A DNA stretch of 64,000 bases from Candidatus Cloacimonadota bacterium (GTDB taxonomy: Bacteria; Cloacimonadota; Cloacimonadia; JGIOTU-2): NCBI GenBank assembly GCA_049903315.1, contig JBNGBT010000001.1, positions 256,001 through 320,000 of the forward strand, written 5' to 3'. This document shows, piece by piece, positions 9,581 through 18,886 of this stretch. The stretch's first letter is position 1, and each line of letters begins with the position of its first letter. The notes beneath the pieces were generated by a model that saw nothing but the letters and a program-made list of their open reading frames with translations, ran no database searches and was not told the DNA's origin. The position numbers and the translations under genes were made by a program.

Positions 9581-12500
9581 ATGAAAAAAGCAATTCTCTT
9601 TGTACTGCTGGTCATTATATCAAACATCGGAGTATCCGCTCCGGTACATACTACCTATCTATGGCACCTGCAGCAGCCGATCTACTGGCCCGACAAAGGC
9701 ACATGGAATGCCTTCCGTTATCAAACCTGCTGGGAGTCCCAGTGGCTGAAGAACAATAATGGCAACTGGTATTCCGACGGGCTGCAACATCCTTTGAATG
9801 ACCTCGAGGATATATTTAATAAAGCAGATAGAGTTGCTGCATATCAATGGCGCTCAAAAGACGCAGTACAAACCCTTCTCAGTCTCTCTGATGCTGGAGC
9901 TCAAGTGAATTATTCCGGTTGTCTTATCGAAAACGTGCAGTCTCTCGCAGATGGAGGACAATGGGGTTACAGTTCCGGCTGGCAGGGAAATTTCCAGACT
10001 GCCCGTTCCTGGCAAACCTCGGGTGGTAATCCACGAATGGATATCACTGCTTTCACTTTTCATCATGCACTCGCACCCCTCATCGATGAGAACGCACTGC
10101 ATAAAGAAATTCAAACTCATCGTTATATTTACAACCAGTTCTTTGGAAATACTCCCGTATATTCAAAGGGATTCTGGCCTGCCGAATGCTCTTTCTCTGA
10201 GAGAATTATTCAAACGCTTGTTGAAGAAGGAATCGAGTGGTCAGTTATCGCAAACAGCCATCTGGCGAGAACCTGTCAGGATTATCCGCTGAGCTATGGC
10301 ACATCCGGTTGCAATATCGATCCGCCAAATCCGGCAGACATTCTCGGACCCATAGGCAGCAACTGGTGGAGTGGTCAGATCGATGGCAGGGGAGGTACGT
10401 TCGCAGCTCCTTTCTGCTATCAGGCGCACAAAGCCAATTTTGTCGATCCTGAAACCGAACAGGTATATACGATCGATGTCATCCCAATGGCTGATGTCCT
10501 CAGCTATACGAATGGCTACGGCACAATGGGAACCGGCGAGATCGATTCGCACATTGCTCCTTATAATAATCCCTCCCAACCCTCGATAGTGCTCATGGCA
10601 CATGACGGAGACAATGCATGGGGCGGCGGATATGATTACTATATGAATTCTGTGCCGAACTTTGCGAATGCAGCAGCATCGCAGGGATATATTCCCTCGA
10701 CCGTTCAGCAATTTCTGGATAATAATCCTGTTCCTGCAGATGACATCGTGCACGTGGAAGATGGAAGTTGGGTAAATGCCGCTATTGATTGGGGACATCC
10801 GCAGTTCATAAACTGGATCTGGCCCATGTATGACGGCAATTACCAATTTGATCCATTTGGCTGGACTGAGGACGTGCGCAATTGGGCAGTGATAACCGCT
10901 GCGCAGAACAGAGTGGAAACTGCAGAGGATCTGGTCGGATCGGTTGATGTCAGCAAAATAGTATTTCCTGATGCAAGCGCAAATAATGCCGAACTGGCAT
11001 GGCACTTTTTCCTGCCTTCACTCACAAGCGGGTATATGTATTACGGCACATCGCTGGATATGGAAGTCAAGCAGACAATTGCATGCAACAATGCCGCAGA
11101 ATATGCAGATTATGAGATCGATGCTCATCCGGGGGAAGACGATGTTGCTCCCACACTTTTCATTCCACAGAGATTCCCGTACAATCCGGGCGGCGAGGGC
11201 TTTGGTCCTCTGTTTGGCTATCAAACTCATCAGAATTCCAGTGATTTCTATGTGTGGACTTTTGTCTATGATGTTTCAGGACTTTCCTCAGTCGAGTTGA
11301 AATACCGCATTGATAACGACGGAACGAATCCACTTGATTCTTATGATAATGAAACCTATGCAGGCGGCTCGGAAGTGGGAACCTGGCACTCGATAACCAT
11401 GTCTATGAGAAATTTTCCCACAGGAAATGTGACCGGGAATCCTGCAGTTGATTTCTTTGTGCTGCCGGATTACATTTCTGATGAATATTATGCAGAAATA
11501 AGCGGGTATACAGACTGTCTGATGGATTACTATGTCCAAGCTGAAGATAATCATGGCAATGTGAAGAAGTCCCCGATACAGCATGTGTATGTTGGTTCTG
11601 GTGGAGGTTCTACGCAAAGCTATGTGCAGTGGACACCGGAAGAACCGCAAGTCGGAGATGAACTCACGATTTCGTATGGTCCGGATGGTTCATTGTATGA
11701 TGCAGCACAGCTTCAGATACATCTTGGTAGGAATGGCTGGCAGAATGTCGACGATCATGCCATGACACTTAATGCTCAGGATACCGTGTGGACGTACACC
11801 TACACTATTGAAAATGGTACAACAGTTATTGATTTCTGTTTCCATGACGGACAGGGCAATTGGGACAATAACAATGGACAGGACTGGCATGTGCAGGTGC
11901 AGGGAGCAAGCGTTCCCTTTATTATGGATGGCGTGGTCGATGCACAGGCAGAACTTGTGGCATTTACTTCTGAATTAGAACTCTGGGCAGCAGTTGATAA
12001 TGACTGGTGCTATGTGGCGTGCACTCCTGCAGGAAGTACGACCGACCTCTTTATGATGATCACAAGTGAGCTCTCTCAGATGACGTCAGCACCGTGGGCA
12101 AAAGCTGGGCAGGTTGCACAGTGGGATCTTTTCCTTGCACAGGAAGGTTCAAACGGCTACAATGCCTGGTATGATAATGAAGGCACGACCGGTGTAGCAT
12201 TCAATTCTGTTTTGGAAGGATACTTCTCAATTGCTATGGAACTCGGTGCAGTTGACAGCTTCTATATAGCCATTGGAGAATACGGCACAAATGATGGAGG
12301 AGCACTCCAAGAGCAGCTTCCCACCGGTAATGGAGATGGAGATATCAACTTTGATGAGTATTTCACCTACAATATTCCAGTTGTCTCAATTGATCCTCAA
12401 AATCCACAACCTACAATCCATACATGGAATTATCCAAATCCTTTTAACAATTCGACTAAGATATTTTTCAATATTGATTCATCGCAAAAAGTTAAGAGTG

Positions 12501-12688
12501 TTGAAGTTTACAATGTTAAAGGTCAATTAGTAAGGTCATTAGAAATTAGAAATTTGAAATTTGAAATTAGTTCTGTGACTTGGGATGGTTGTGATAATAA
12601 CAACAACGCTGTATCCCCGGGTGTTTATTTCTATAAGGTAGAAGCAAAAAATGAAAGCTTCATACATAAAATGTTATTAGTAAAATGA
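9581..12688 (+). CDS. Secreted GH119/GH57-clan alpha-amylase-like enzyme with CBM25-like module and C-terminal FlgD/T9SS-like domain
   Basis: ATG 9581 gives a signal peptide. Motifs WHLQQPIYWP, FHHAL, GFWPAECSF (Glu) and MAHDGDNAWGG (Asp). CBM25-like IHLGRNGW..FCFHDGQGNWDNNNGQDW. Tail NYPNPFN..YNVKGQLV..WDG..PGVYFYK..KMLLVK. Confidence 0.78.
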   Translation: MKKAILFVLLVIISNIGVSAPVHTTYLWHLQQPIYWPDKGTWNAFRYQTCWESQWLKNNNGNWYSDGLQHPLNDLEDIFNKADRVAAYQWRSKDAVQTLLSLSDAGAQVNYSGCLIENVQSLADGGQWGYSSGWQGNFQTARSWQTSGGNPRMDITAFTFHHALAPLIDENALHKEIQTHRYIYNQFFGNTPVYSKGFWPAECSFSERIIQTLVEEGIEWSVIANSHLARTCQDYPLSYGTSGCNIDPPNPADILGPIGSNWWSGQIDGRGGTFAAPFCYQAHKANFVDPETEQVYTIDVIPMADVLSYTNGYGTMGTGEIDSHIAPYNNPSQPSIVLMAHDGDNAWGGGYDYYMNSVPNFANAAASQGYIPSTVQQFLDNNPVPADDIVHVEDGSWVNAAIDWGHPQFINWIWPMYDGNYQFDPFGWTEDVRNWAVITAAQNRVETAEDLVGSVDVSKIVFPDASANNAELAWHFFLPSLTSGYMYYGTSLDMEVKQTIACNNAAEYADYEIDAHPGEDDVAPTLFIPQRFPYNPGGEGFGPLFGYQTHQNSSDFYVWTFVYDVSGLSSVELKYRIDNDGTNPLDSYDNETYAGGSEVGTWHSITMSMRNFPTGNVTGNPAVDFFVLPDYISDEYYAEISGYTDCLMDYYVQAEDNHGNVKKSPIQHVYVGSGGGSTQSYVQWTPEEPQVGDELTISYGPDGSLYDAAQLQIHLGRNGWQNVDDHAMTLNAQDTVWTYTYTIENGTTVIDFCFHDGQGNWDNNNGQDWHVQVQGASVPFIMDGVVDAQAELVAFTSELELWAAVDNDWCYVACTPAGSTTDLFMMITSELSQMTSAPWAKAGQVAQWDLFLAQEGSNGYNAWYDNEGTTGVAFNSVLEGYFSIAMELGAVDSFYIAIGEYGTNDGGALQEQLPTGNGDGDINFDEYFTYNIPVVSIDPQNPQPTIHTWNYPNPFNNSTKIFFNIDSSQKVKSVEVYNVKGQLVRSLEIRNLKFEISSVTWDGCDNNNNAVSPGVYFYKVEAKNESFIHKMLLVK
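12539..12570 (+). repeat. Heptamer tandem repeat TT(A/T)GAAA x4.5 inside the coding sequence
   Basis: ttagaaa ttagaaa tttgaaa tttgaaa ttag, translated as LEIRNLKFEIS. Confidence 0.8.
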
Positions 12689-12786
12689 ACAAAAGTCATT
12701 TTAAAATTCTTGACATAATTATGGTAAAATTAGAGAAAATATTAAAAAATAAAAAATTATTAATCCAGAATATTTTGGAGGTATAG

Positions 12787-13905
12787 ATGAAGAAAATAGT
12801 AATAATTTTAGTTTTATTATTACCGAGTATTGTATATGCCGCAACTGGTTGGTTTGATGATTACATAACAATTAGTAAGAATGGTACACCTAACACCTAT
12901 TATCTGGTTGGTTCAGGAACTGATTTAAATGGATATGATTTTGGCACTGTATTAAGCTTGGTAATAACCAGTACTGATATGAAATACTGGAGTGATACTC
13001 AGGATCGTACGGGGGGAGCTTTCTATTGGCAAATTACATTAACTAACGATACAGTAGTCAATGGGCCAAATGAAGTAATCTGGTCTCATGCTTCTATTGG
13101 AGGTAATGATTACCAAGGTACTTGGAGTGGCAGTATCAATACTTTAGAAGGTCTTTCTGCCAGTACTGATTATAAGTTAAAAATTTGGGCAAAAAGTTGG
13201 GGTACAGAGCAAGGTGATAGTTGGCTTTCTAATGGTGGAGCAAATTATGTGGCTACTTTTCATACAGACGCTACTCTTCCTGTAACCCTCTCAGCCTTCA
13301 CTGCTCAATACTTAGCAGGTAAACCACTGCTGTATTGGACCACACAATCCGAGACTGACAACATGGGCTGGTTCGTGTATCGTAATCAAGAAGAAGATTT
13401 CACTTCAGCTACAAAAGTTTCCGGCATGATAGAGGGACATGGCACAACTACTCAAACACAGTCCTATGTATATGAAGATGTCATTGCACATCCTCAAGTT
13501 GACGATGTGTATTATTACTGGTTAGAGAGTGTTGACTACAGCGGGACGATCCATCATTTTGATAAAGTGGCAATGATCACTATTCCTGATATTAATAATC
13601 CAAATCCAAACATTACTCCTCCTCAAGTATACGACCTGATCTCCTCACCAAATCCATTCAATGAGACAACATGCATTAAATTTATGCTTACGCAGACAGC
13701 ATTTGTCGATGTTGCTATCTATGACGTCAAAGGCGCTCTCGTAAAATCATTTGATACACAGCATGTCACTGCTGATGATGAAGTATCAATGCAATGGGAT
13801 GGTAGAGATGAGAATGGCAAATCCTTATCTAATGGCATTTACCTCTACTCAGTAAAAGTGAATGGGCAGGATTATTCGACAAAGCAAGTTATCCTGATGA
13901 AGTAA
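12787..13905 (+). CDS. Secreted protein, unknown N-terminal domain plus LPVTLSAF module and FlgD/T9SS-like C-terminus
   Basis: GGAGG SD and signal peptide. C-terminal half is paralogous to 7415..8806. Tail PNPFN..IYDVKG..WDGRD..NGIYLY..KQVILMK. Confidence 0.75.
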   Translation: MKKIVIILVLLLPSIVYAATGWFDDYITISKNGTPNTYYLVGSGTDLNGYDFGTVLSLVITSTDMKYWSDTQDRTGGAFYWQITLTNDTVVNGPNEVIWSHASIGGNDYQGTWSGSINTLEGLSASTDYKLKIWAKSWGTEQGDSWLSNGGANYVATFHTDATLPVTLSAFTAQYLAGKPLLYWTTQSETDNMGWFVYRNQEEDFTSATKVSGMIEGHGTTTQTQSYVYEDVIAHPQVDDVYYYWLESVDYSGTIHHFDKVAMITIPDINNPNPNITPPQVYDLISSPNPFNETTCIKFMLTQTAFVDVAIYDVKGALVKSFDTQHVTADDEVSMQWDGRDENGKSLSNGIYLYSVKVNGQDYSTKQVILMK

Positions 13906-13915
13906 AATTATAATA

Positions 13916-14117
13916 ACCTCGTTCCTGTCCGCCAGCTGGCTGATGGGAACGTAATACACATTTCGGGGCTGATTTTTCAGCCCCCTTTTTTGTAACCTCA
14001 CCCTACCCCTCTCCTTCATAAGGAGAGGGAATAAAGGGAGAGGTTTTATTTTCATTTTCAAACCTTGAACAGTTTATAATAAGAAGGTGTTACCCAAAAG
14101 GGATTTGGTAACGAGGT
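13916..14117. repeat. REP-like element bounded by ACCTCGTT..AACGAGGT inverted ends
   Basis: Left arm cctcgttcc..gggaacg (13916-13951) encloses tccgccagctggctga. Right arm gttacccaaa..tttggtaacgaggt (14089-14117). Confidence 0.65.
13965..13991 (+). terminator. Rho-independent terminator of the + strand amylolytic genes
   Basis: ggggctga-tttt-tcagcccc followed by ctttttt. Confidence 0.85.
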
Positions 14118-14275
14118 GCGGAATGAAAATGATTTAAACCTGGAGTCTTCTGAAGTATATTTTTGTTATTCTCTACCTTCCCAAATCCCCCCTATTAAGG
14201 AGGGAGATGATAGTGACATTGCATTGGAAGGAAGTCCCGTCTCCTCTGTACTATAGGGAATTAAAGGGAGAGGTT
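13994..14275. repeat. Two CCCCTCTCC-type REP-like palindromes (13994-14045 and degenerate 14175-14275)
   Basis: aacctc..cctctcctt-cat-aaggagagg..gaggtt. Both copies end in gggaa(t)taaagggagaggtt. Confidence 0.75.
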
Positions 14276-14288
14276 AGAAATTATAATG

Positions 14289-15779
14289 CTATCTCTTGTA
14301 CTTCTCAACCAATTTCTGAAGCCTCTCACTCACATCATCCGGAACCATATCCCATGTAAATCTCCACACCCAATTATTTTCAACAGTGCCGGGTCGATTC
14401 ATGCGTGCTTCATGTCCCAGGCAGAGAATATCCTGTAACTGAATGATCGTCCAATTTGAAGGAGTCGAATACGCACACTCGATCATCTGCCAGCAGAAAG
14501 AATCTTTTTCATTATATTTAATATACTCGGTGAGGGTTTTGTAAATCTTGGGCTCATACTTTTTCAGATTTTCAAACCAGGTCTTCATGGTATCATTATC
14601 ATGTGTGCCGGGATACGTGATGGAATTCTCTTGAAATTCATGAGGACGCTGGTCGTGCTCCGCAAAGGAGTATTGCAGTATTTTCATTCCAGGGAAACCA
14701 AACTCATTCCGCAGCTCATTCACACGCGGAATAATGATCCCGAGATCTTCTGCAATAATAGGAAGCTCTCCAAGATGTTTCTTGATCGTAGAAAAGAAAT
14801 GTGCATCCGGTCCTTTGCCCCACTCACCTTTTTGAGCAGTTTTTGAGCCCGGCTTCACTTTCCAATAACGAATGAATCCGATAAAATGATCGATTCGTAT
14901 ATAATCTACAAGATCAAGCAAATGTGAAATCCGCTCACGCCACCAGAGGTAGTTATTCTGCTTCATTTTATCCCAATCATACAGAGGATTTCCCCAGAGC
15001 TGACCTTCTTTGGAGAATTCGTCGGGAGGTACTCCGGAAATCACAGTTGGATTTCCATCCTCATCAAGATAAAAAAGGTTTTGATGCACCCACACATCTG
15101 CGCTGTCATAAGCGACAAAAATAGGTATATCTCCAACGATCTGCACATTCTTTTTATAAGCATAATCACGCAACTCATGCCACTGAGTAGAGAAAAGATA
15201 CTGCACGAATTTGTAGTATCGTATCTGCTCTGCCAGTTTATTTCTGCATAAAATGAGTGCTTTTTCTTTTCTCATTCGCACATCTTTTTCCCATGTGTTC
15301 CATGAACGAAAGTCGTTTTGCTCTCGGATTGCAGCAAACAAACTAAAATCCTCGAGCCACGAAGAGTTCTCATAGCAGAAGGTGTCAAAATCTGATAAAC
15401 TTTTATGAGGTGCTCTATTCTGAAAAATCTGAAAAGCTTTTTTAAAAAGCGAATCTTTATACTCAATAACTTTATAAAAAACAACTTTGTGGTTGTCAAA
15501 TCCGAGATGATCTTCGATGTATTCTGGGGTCAGATATCCATGCTCTGAGAGTTTCTCCGGGCTTATCAAATAGGGATTGCCTGCGAAAGCCGAAATCGGG
15601 TTGTACGGCGAATTTCCGTAACCGGGATAATTGAGCGGAAGTATCTGCCAGAGTTTTTGCCCTGAAGCAGAGAGAAAATCTATGAATCTGTATGCTTCTG
15701 GTCCCATATCTCCAATACCGAATGTGCCCGGAAGAGAAGTAGGATGCAGTAAAATACCGCACGAACGTTTAAATTTCAT
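14289..15779 (-). CDS. malQ: 4-alpha-glucanotransferase (amylomaltase, GH77)
   Basis: GILLHPTSLP, WQILPL, SPY, GDIPIFV, GQLWGNPLY, RIDHFIGF, IAEDLG, GTHDNDT, RMNRPG..NWVWR. Confidence 0.96.
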   Translation of the reverse strand: MKFKRSCGILLHPTSLPGTFGIGDMGPEAYRFIDFLSASGQKLWQILPLNYPGYGNSPYNPISAFAGNPYLISPEKLSEHGYLTPEYIEDHLGFDNHKVVFYKVIEYKDSLFKKAFQIFQNRAPHKSLSDFDTFCYENSSWLEDFSLFAAIREQNDFRSWNTWEKDVRMRKEKALILCRNKLAEQIRYYKFVQYLFSTQWHELRDYAYKKNVQIVGDIPIFVAYDSADVWVHQNLFYLDEDGNPTVISGVPPDEFSKEGQLWGNPLYDWDKMKQNNYLWWRERISHLLDLVDYIRIDHFIGFIRYWKVKPGSKTAQKGEWGKGPDAHFFSTIKKHLGELPIIAEDLGIIIPRVNELRNEFGFPGMKILQYSFAEHDQRPHEFQENSITYPGTHDNDTMKTWFENLKKYEPKIYKTLTEYIKYNEKDSFCWQMIECAYSTPSNWTIIQLQDILCLGHEARMNRPGTVENNWVWRFTWDMVPDDVSERLQKLVEKYKR

Positions 15780-15830
15780 GGTAACCTCTTGAAATTAAGT
15801 TGGTTAGGAATTCAAAGAATGGGTATCAAA

Positions 15831-15861
15831 TGTCAATATTTCTTTTTTATGAAAATTGACA
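15831..15861. promoter_or_regulatory. Back-to-back sigma70-type -35 boxes for divergent malQ and 15917 gene
   Basis: TGTCAA at 15831-15836 (TTGACA on - strand) and TTGACA at 15856-15861; no clear TATAAT. Confidence 0.5.
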
Positions 15862-15916
15862 ATCATTGGCTGGATATATGCATTCGAATTACTGATTAAA
15901 AACGGGAGCTAAAAAT

Positions 15917-16744
15917 ATGAAAAAATTACTAAGCTGTTGTATGATCTTAAGTTTGATGATTATCCTCATCTCATGCACCAATACTGATAAAAAATCTGAA
16001 CAGAGTTTCTGGATCGAAAACTATTTTAAGCAGGACTGCGTAATCACGCCTTTGCCTGGTGAATCGGTTATAAAAGCCCGTGTAGATGGAGAATGGAAAG
16101 AGTTCAATCTTGTGGAATTTCCAGAGAAGTTCATGGAATGGGATGCAGGAAAAAGGATTGAAACCCTGGATAGATTCTTGCAGATGAAACCACCAGAACT
16201 TGCCGGACCACACAACGGTATCGTTGCGACATATGGATATAAACGGGATGATTCTCAATTCAAACTGAACAACGCTGTCAAAGGAATGGGATTTTTGCCG
16301 AAAGCGGAAAAACTCCCGGAACTCATCCAATTAATGAAAGATACTTCTGATTCAACATTTGTACAAAAACTGGAAGTGCTCCGCTATTTTTATACAAATG
16401 TCGATTCATTGTTTGATCTTGATAGGCAGGTTTCGCTCGAATTATATGCAACTCCCGAATTCGAAACGCAAACATTCCTCAACCAGATGACTGATCCTTC
16501 CTCAACGATTGTATTCCTGGATATACCCTCTTATAAACTGAAAACGATTGCACGTTTGCTTCATCCTGATGATCCTGATTTGACAGAATATGAGAAACTG
16601 GTTGTGCGTTATATCAATGATGTGCACAGCTATTTTCATGGAAAATTCCCACGGGATTATCCTGCAGTAATATATTATGTTTCAGAAATTTATGATAATT
16701 CTCCAGGCAGAAATGATGCAATGGGCAGGAGGATCGTACCGTAA
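15917..16744 (+). CDS. Hypothetical lipoprotein
   Basis: GGGAG SD, lipobox LIS-C, 275-aa ORF; no family confidently recognised. Confidence 0.7.
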   Translation: MKKLLSCCMILSLMIILISCTNTDKKSEQSFWIENYFKQDCVITPLPGESVIKARVDGEWKEFNLVEFPEKFMEWDAGKRIETLDRFLQMKPPELAGPHNGIVATYGYKRDDSQFKLNNAVKGMGFLPKAEKLPELIQLMKDTSDSTFVQKLEVLRYFYTNVDSLFDLDRQVSLELYATPEFETQTFLNQMTDPSSTIVFLDIPSYKLKTIARLLHPDDPDLTEYEKLVVRYINDVHSYFHGKFPRDYPAVIYYVSEIYDNSPGRNDAMGRRIVP

Positions 16745-16770
16745 TATCGATTTTGGATGACAAAAAAAAG

Positions 16771-16796
16771 AAGGTTCGATTGGCAAATCGAACCTT
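16771..16796. terminator. Bidirectional terminator between convergent genes
   Basis: aaggttcgatt-ggca-aatcgaacctt with an A tract before and a T-rich tract after. Confidence 0.85.
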
Positions 16797-16818
16797 TGGT
16801 TTTATAAAAATAGAGTAA

Positions 16819-18087
16819 CTACTCAATCACTTTCACATAAATTTCGGTTTTCAGTTTCGTTATCCATTCATCGATCGCTTCTTGCTGTTTCTGCTGAAAC
16901 ACGATCTGCTCTAATTGTGGCGCTATTTCTTCATAGGTGTATGGGCGCGGCTCTGCATATCCGATATTTTTAAAGATATAATAAGTATCATCAATTTCAA
17001 GTGGTTCGGTAAATTCACCCTCTTGCAGATTCTCAATATATGCACCGATCTGGGGTATTTGTGCCAATTGGTCAATAGGATATTCATCAATGATAACCTC
17101 TTCACCAGTTTCTTCATTCGGTGTGGAATATTGTATCGCACATTCCATGAAATCTGCGCCATTTTGCAGTTTTTGATACACTTCATCTATAAGTTCAGTG
17201 ATCTTCGCTTTATCACTATCGGACATTGCTGCTTCGATAAGAATATGCCGTGCTTTTATCTCGCCGTCTCGTTTATCATCAACTCTAATAAGATGGTAGC
17301 CAAATTCCGTAAGCACTAGTTCACTGACTTCACCAACCTCGAGCGCAAAAGCAGCTTCCTCAAATTCGGGAACCATTTGTCCTCGTGAGAAATACCCGAG
17401 ATCACCACCCTGGGCTGCCGAAGGACAGTCAGAATAAGTCTGCGCAAGAGTCTCAAAATCAGCGCCTTTATTCAACTCGTCCTGGATATCCTCGATTTTT
17501 TTCAGTGCTTGATCAAGACTCTCGGTGCCTTTTGCCGGTTTAATAGATATTTCTGCGATCCTCACCATTTTGGGTCTGTTTGGAAAGCTATCCAGATGAG
17601 TCTCGTAGTACTGTCTCTTTTCGTATTCGGAGACATCGATTTGAGAAAAAACCTCTTGCTGAAGTAGTTTATCCCGCACAACCTGTTTTGCGATTTGATC
17701 TCTATAGCGTTCTTTTAATTCATCTACAGAGAGTCCTTCCTTTTGGAGTACTTGCAGGAAATCCTGATACGTGGGAAACTGTGCAATTATATTTTGCATA
17801 ACTCGTTCAAGCTGCATCTCAATCTCACCATCTGATGCAGTGATATCATCCCGTTCTGCTTTTTCCGTTATGAGTTTTTCCTCGATCAGCAAGCGCAGAA
17901 TGTTCTCTTTTGTCACATTCTCTCCAAGTGCTGAGGATGCTTTCAGTTCCTGGTAATTTGACTCAATTTCTGATTTCAGAATTATCTGGTTACCAACGAT
18001 CGCAGCGATGCCGTCCACTTCTTCTGCTGAGAGGACACTACTGATGGTCAGAATAAAAATGAATAAGAGAGTGTGTAAAAATTTCAT
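16819..18087 (-). CDS. surA: SurA-like periplasmic chaperone / PpiC peptidyl-prolyl isomerase
   Basis: ATG 18087 gives a signal peptide. VDGIAAIVGNQIILKSE N-domain; parvulin motif FETLAQTYSD.PSAAQGGDLGYF.RGQMVPEFEEAAF..TEFGYHLI. Confidence 0.88.
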   Translation of the reverse strand: MKFLHTLLFIFILTISSVLSAEEVDGIAAIVGNQIILKSEIESNYQELKASSALGENVTKENILRLLIEEKLITEKAERDDITASDGEIEMQLERVMQNIIAQFPTYQDFLQVLQKEGLSVDELKERYRDQIAKQVVRDKLLQQEVFSQIDVSEYEKRQYYETHLDSFPNRPKMVRIAEISIKPAKGTESLDQALKKIEDIQDELNKGADFETLAQTYSDCPSAAQGGDLGYFSRGQMVPEFEEAAFALEVGEVSELVLTEFGYHLIRVDDKRDGEIKARHILIEAAMSDSDKAKITELIDEVYQKLQNGADFMECAIQYSTPNEETGEEVIIDEYPIDQLAQIPQIGAYIENLQEGEFTEPLEIDDTYYIFKNIGYAEPRPYTYEEIAPQLEQIVFQQKQQEAIDEWITKLKTEIYVKVIE

Positions 18088-18094
18088 ATTTTTC

Positions 18095-18886
18095 CTAATA
18101 AATCTTAACTTTGTAACTGATTTCAAGACTATCCAGGGCATTAGCTAAAAACTCTTCGCGTTTGATCTCGAGAAGTTGTATAAGAAGAGTGTCGCTTATT
18201 TCCTGGAAAGGTACAGGGGCACTTTCTTCCACAACATCAAGAAGCTGGACGATCTTAAGTTTCGCTTCATCTTCAATAATTCGGATATGCCATTTCTTCA
18301 TGCCCGAAACGAACTCCCAGAATGGTGATGTGACCTCGTTTCTTGATATTGTTCTTACAAGATAATTGGACCCAAAATTTTTTGCAACGGTATAAAAAGC
18401 TTCACCTTCGTTAAAGAGTTTTATGGCAGAGTCGGCAATAGCCCAGGTTGGTACAATGAATTGCTGGATTTTGTATAACGTTCTATCTTCCAGAAAATCA
18501 TTTCTATGCAGGTTGTAGTATTCCAGAACTTCATCTCGAGACACAGAAACATCCTTGAGTTTTTTAGCAAGGACTTCATTTGCAAGAAGTGTTCTTTCCG
18601 CATATTTGATGTTGAATTTCACTTCCGGGATTTTATCCAATCCGAGTTTTTCCGCTTCCTGTGCAAGAAGGGTGATCTCTATCCAATCATTGATAACATT
18701 ATTCTTTTCTTCAGGAGTAGCTCTTAACCATTCTTCTTCTGTGAAAAGAGAGCGGAATTCGTGTTCATAGAGTTTATCATTGTTCACCTCCGCTACAACG
18801 ATGCCCTTCTTACTCTCCTCTTGATTGCATTGGAGGATCAATAAGATAAGAATCAGACACAGCAATAAACTAAAAATTTTCTTCAT
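18095..18886 (-). CDS. PpiC/SurA-family lipoprotein chaperone with degenerate parvulin domain
   Basis: Lipoprotein-like signal, VVAEVN, WIE..LL.QEA.K.GL, EV.EYY motifs; lies in the PPIase cluster. Confidence 0.72.
   Translation of the reverse strand: MKKIFSLLLCLILILLILQCNQEESKKGIVVAEVNNDKLYEHEFRSLFTEEEWLRATPEEKNNVINDWIEITLLAQEAEKLGLDKIPEVKFNIKYAERTLLANEVLAKKLKDVSVSRDEVLEYYNLHRNDFLEDRTLYKIQQFIVPTWAIADSAIKLFNEGEAFYTVAKNFGSNYLVRTISRNEVTSPFWEFVSGMKKWHIRIIEDEAKLKIVQLLDVVEESAPVPFQEISDTLLIQLLEIKREEFLANALDSLEISYKVKIY

Noticed and set aside
8883..9584. Two similar short ORFs (8883..9098 and 9393..9584; CHSE.NE..RRIYS..RFFTA.RMT) that look like paralogous peptides
   Set aside because: The similarity coincides exactly with the 117-bp palindromic repeats, so it is best explained as translated repeat DNA.
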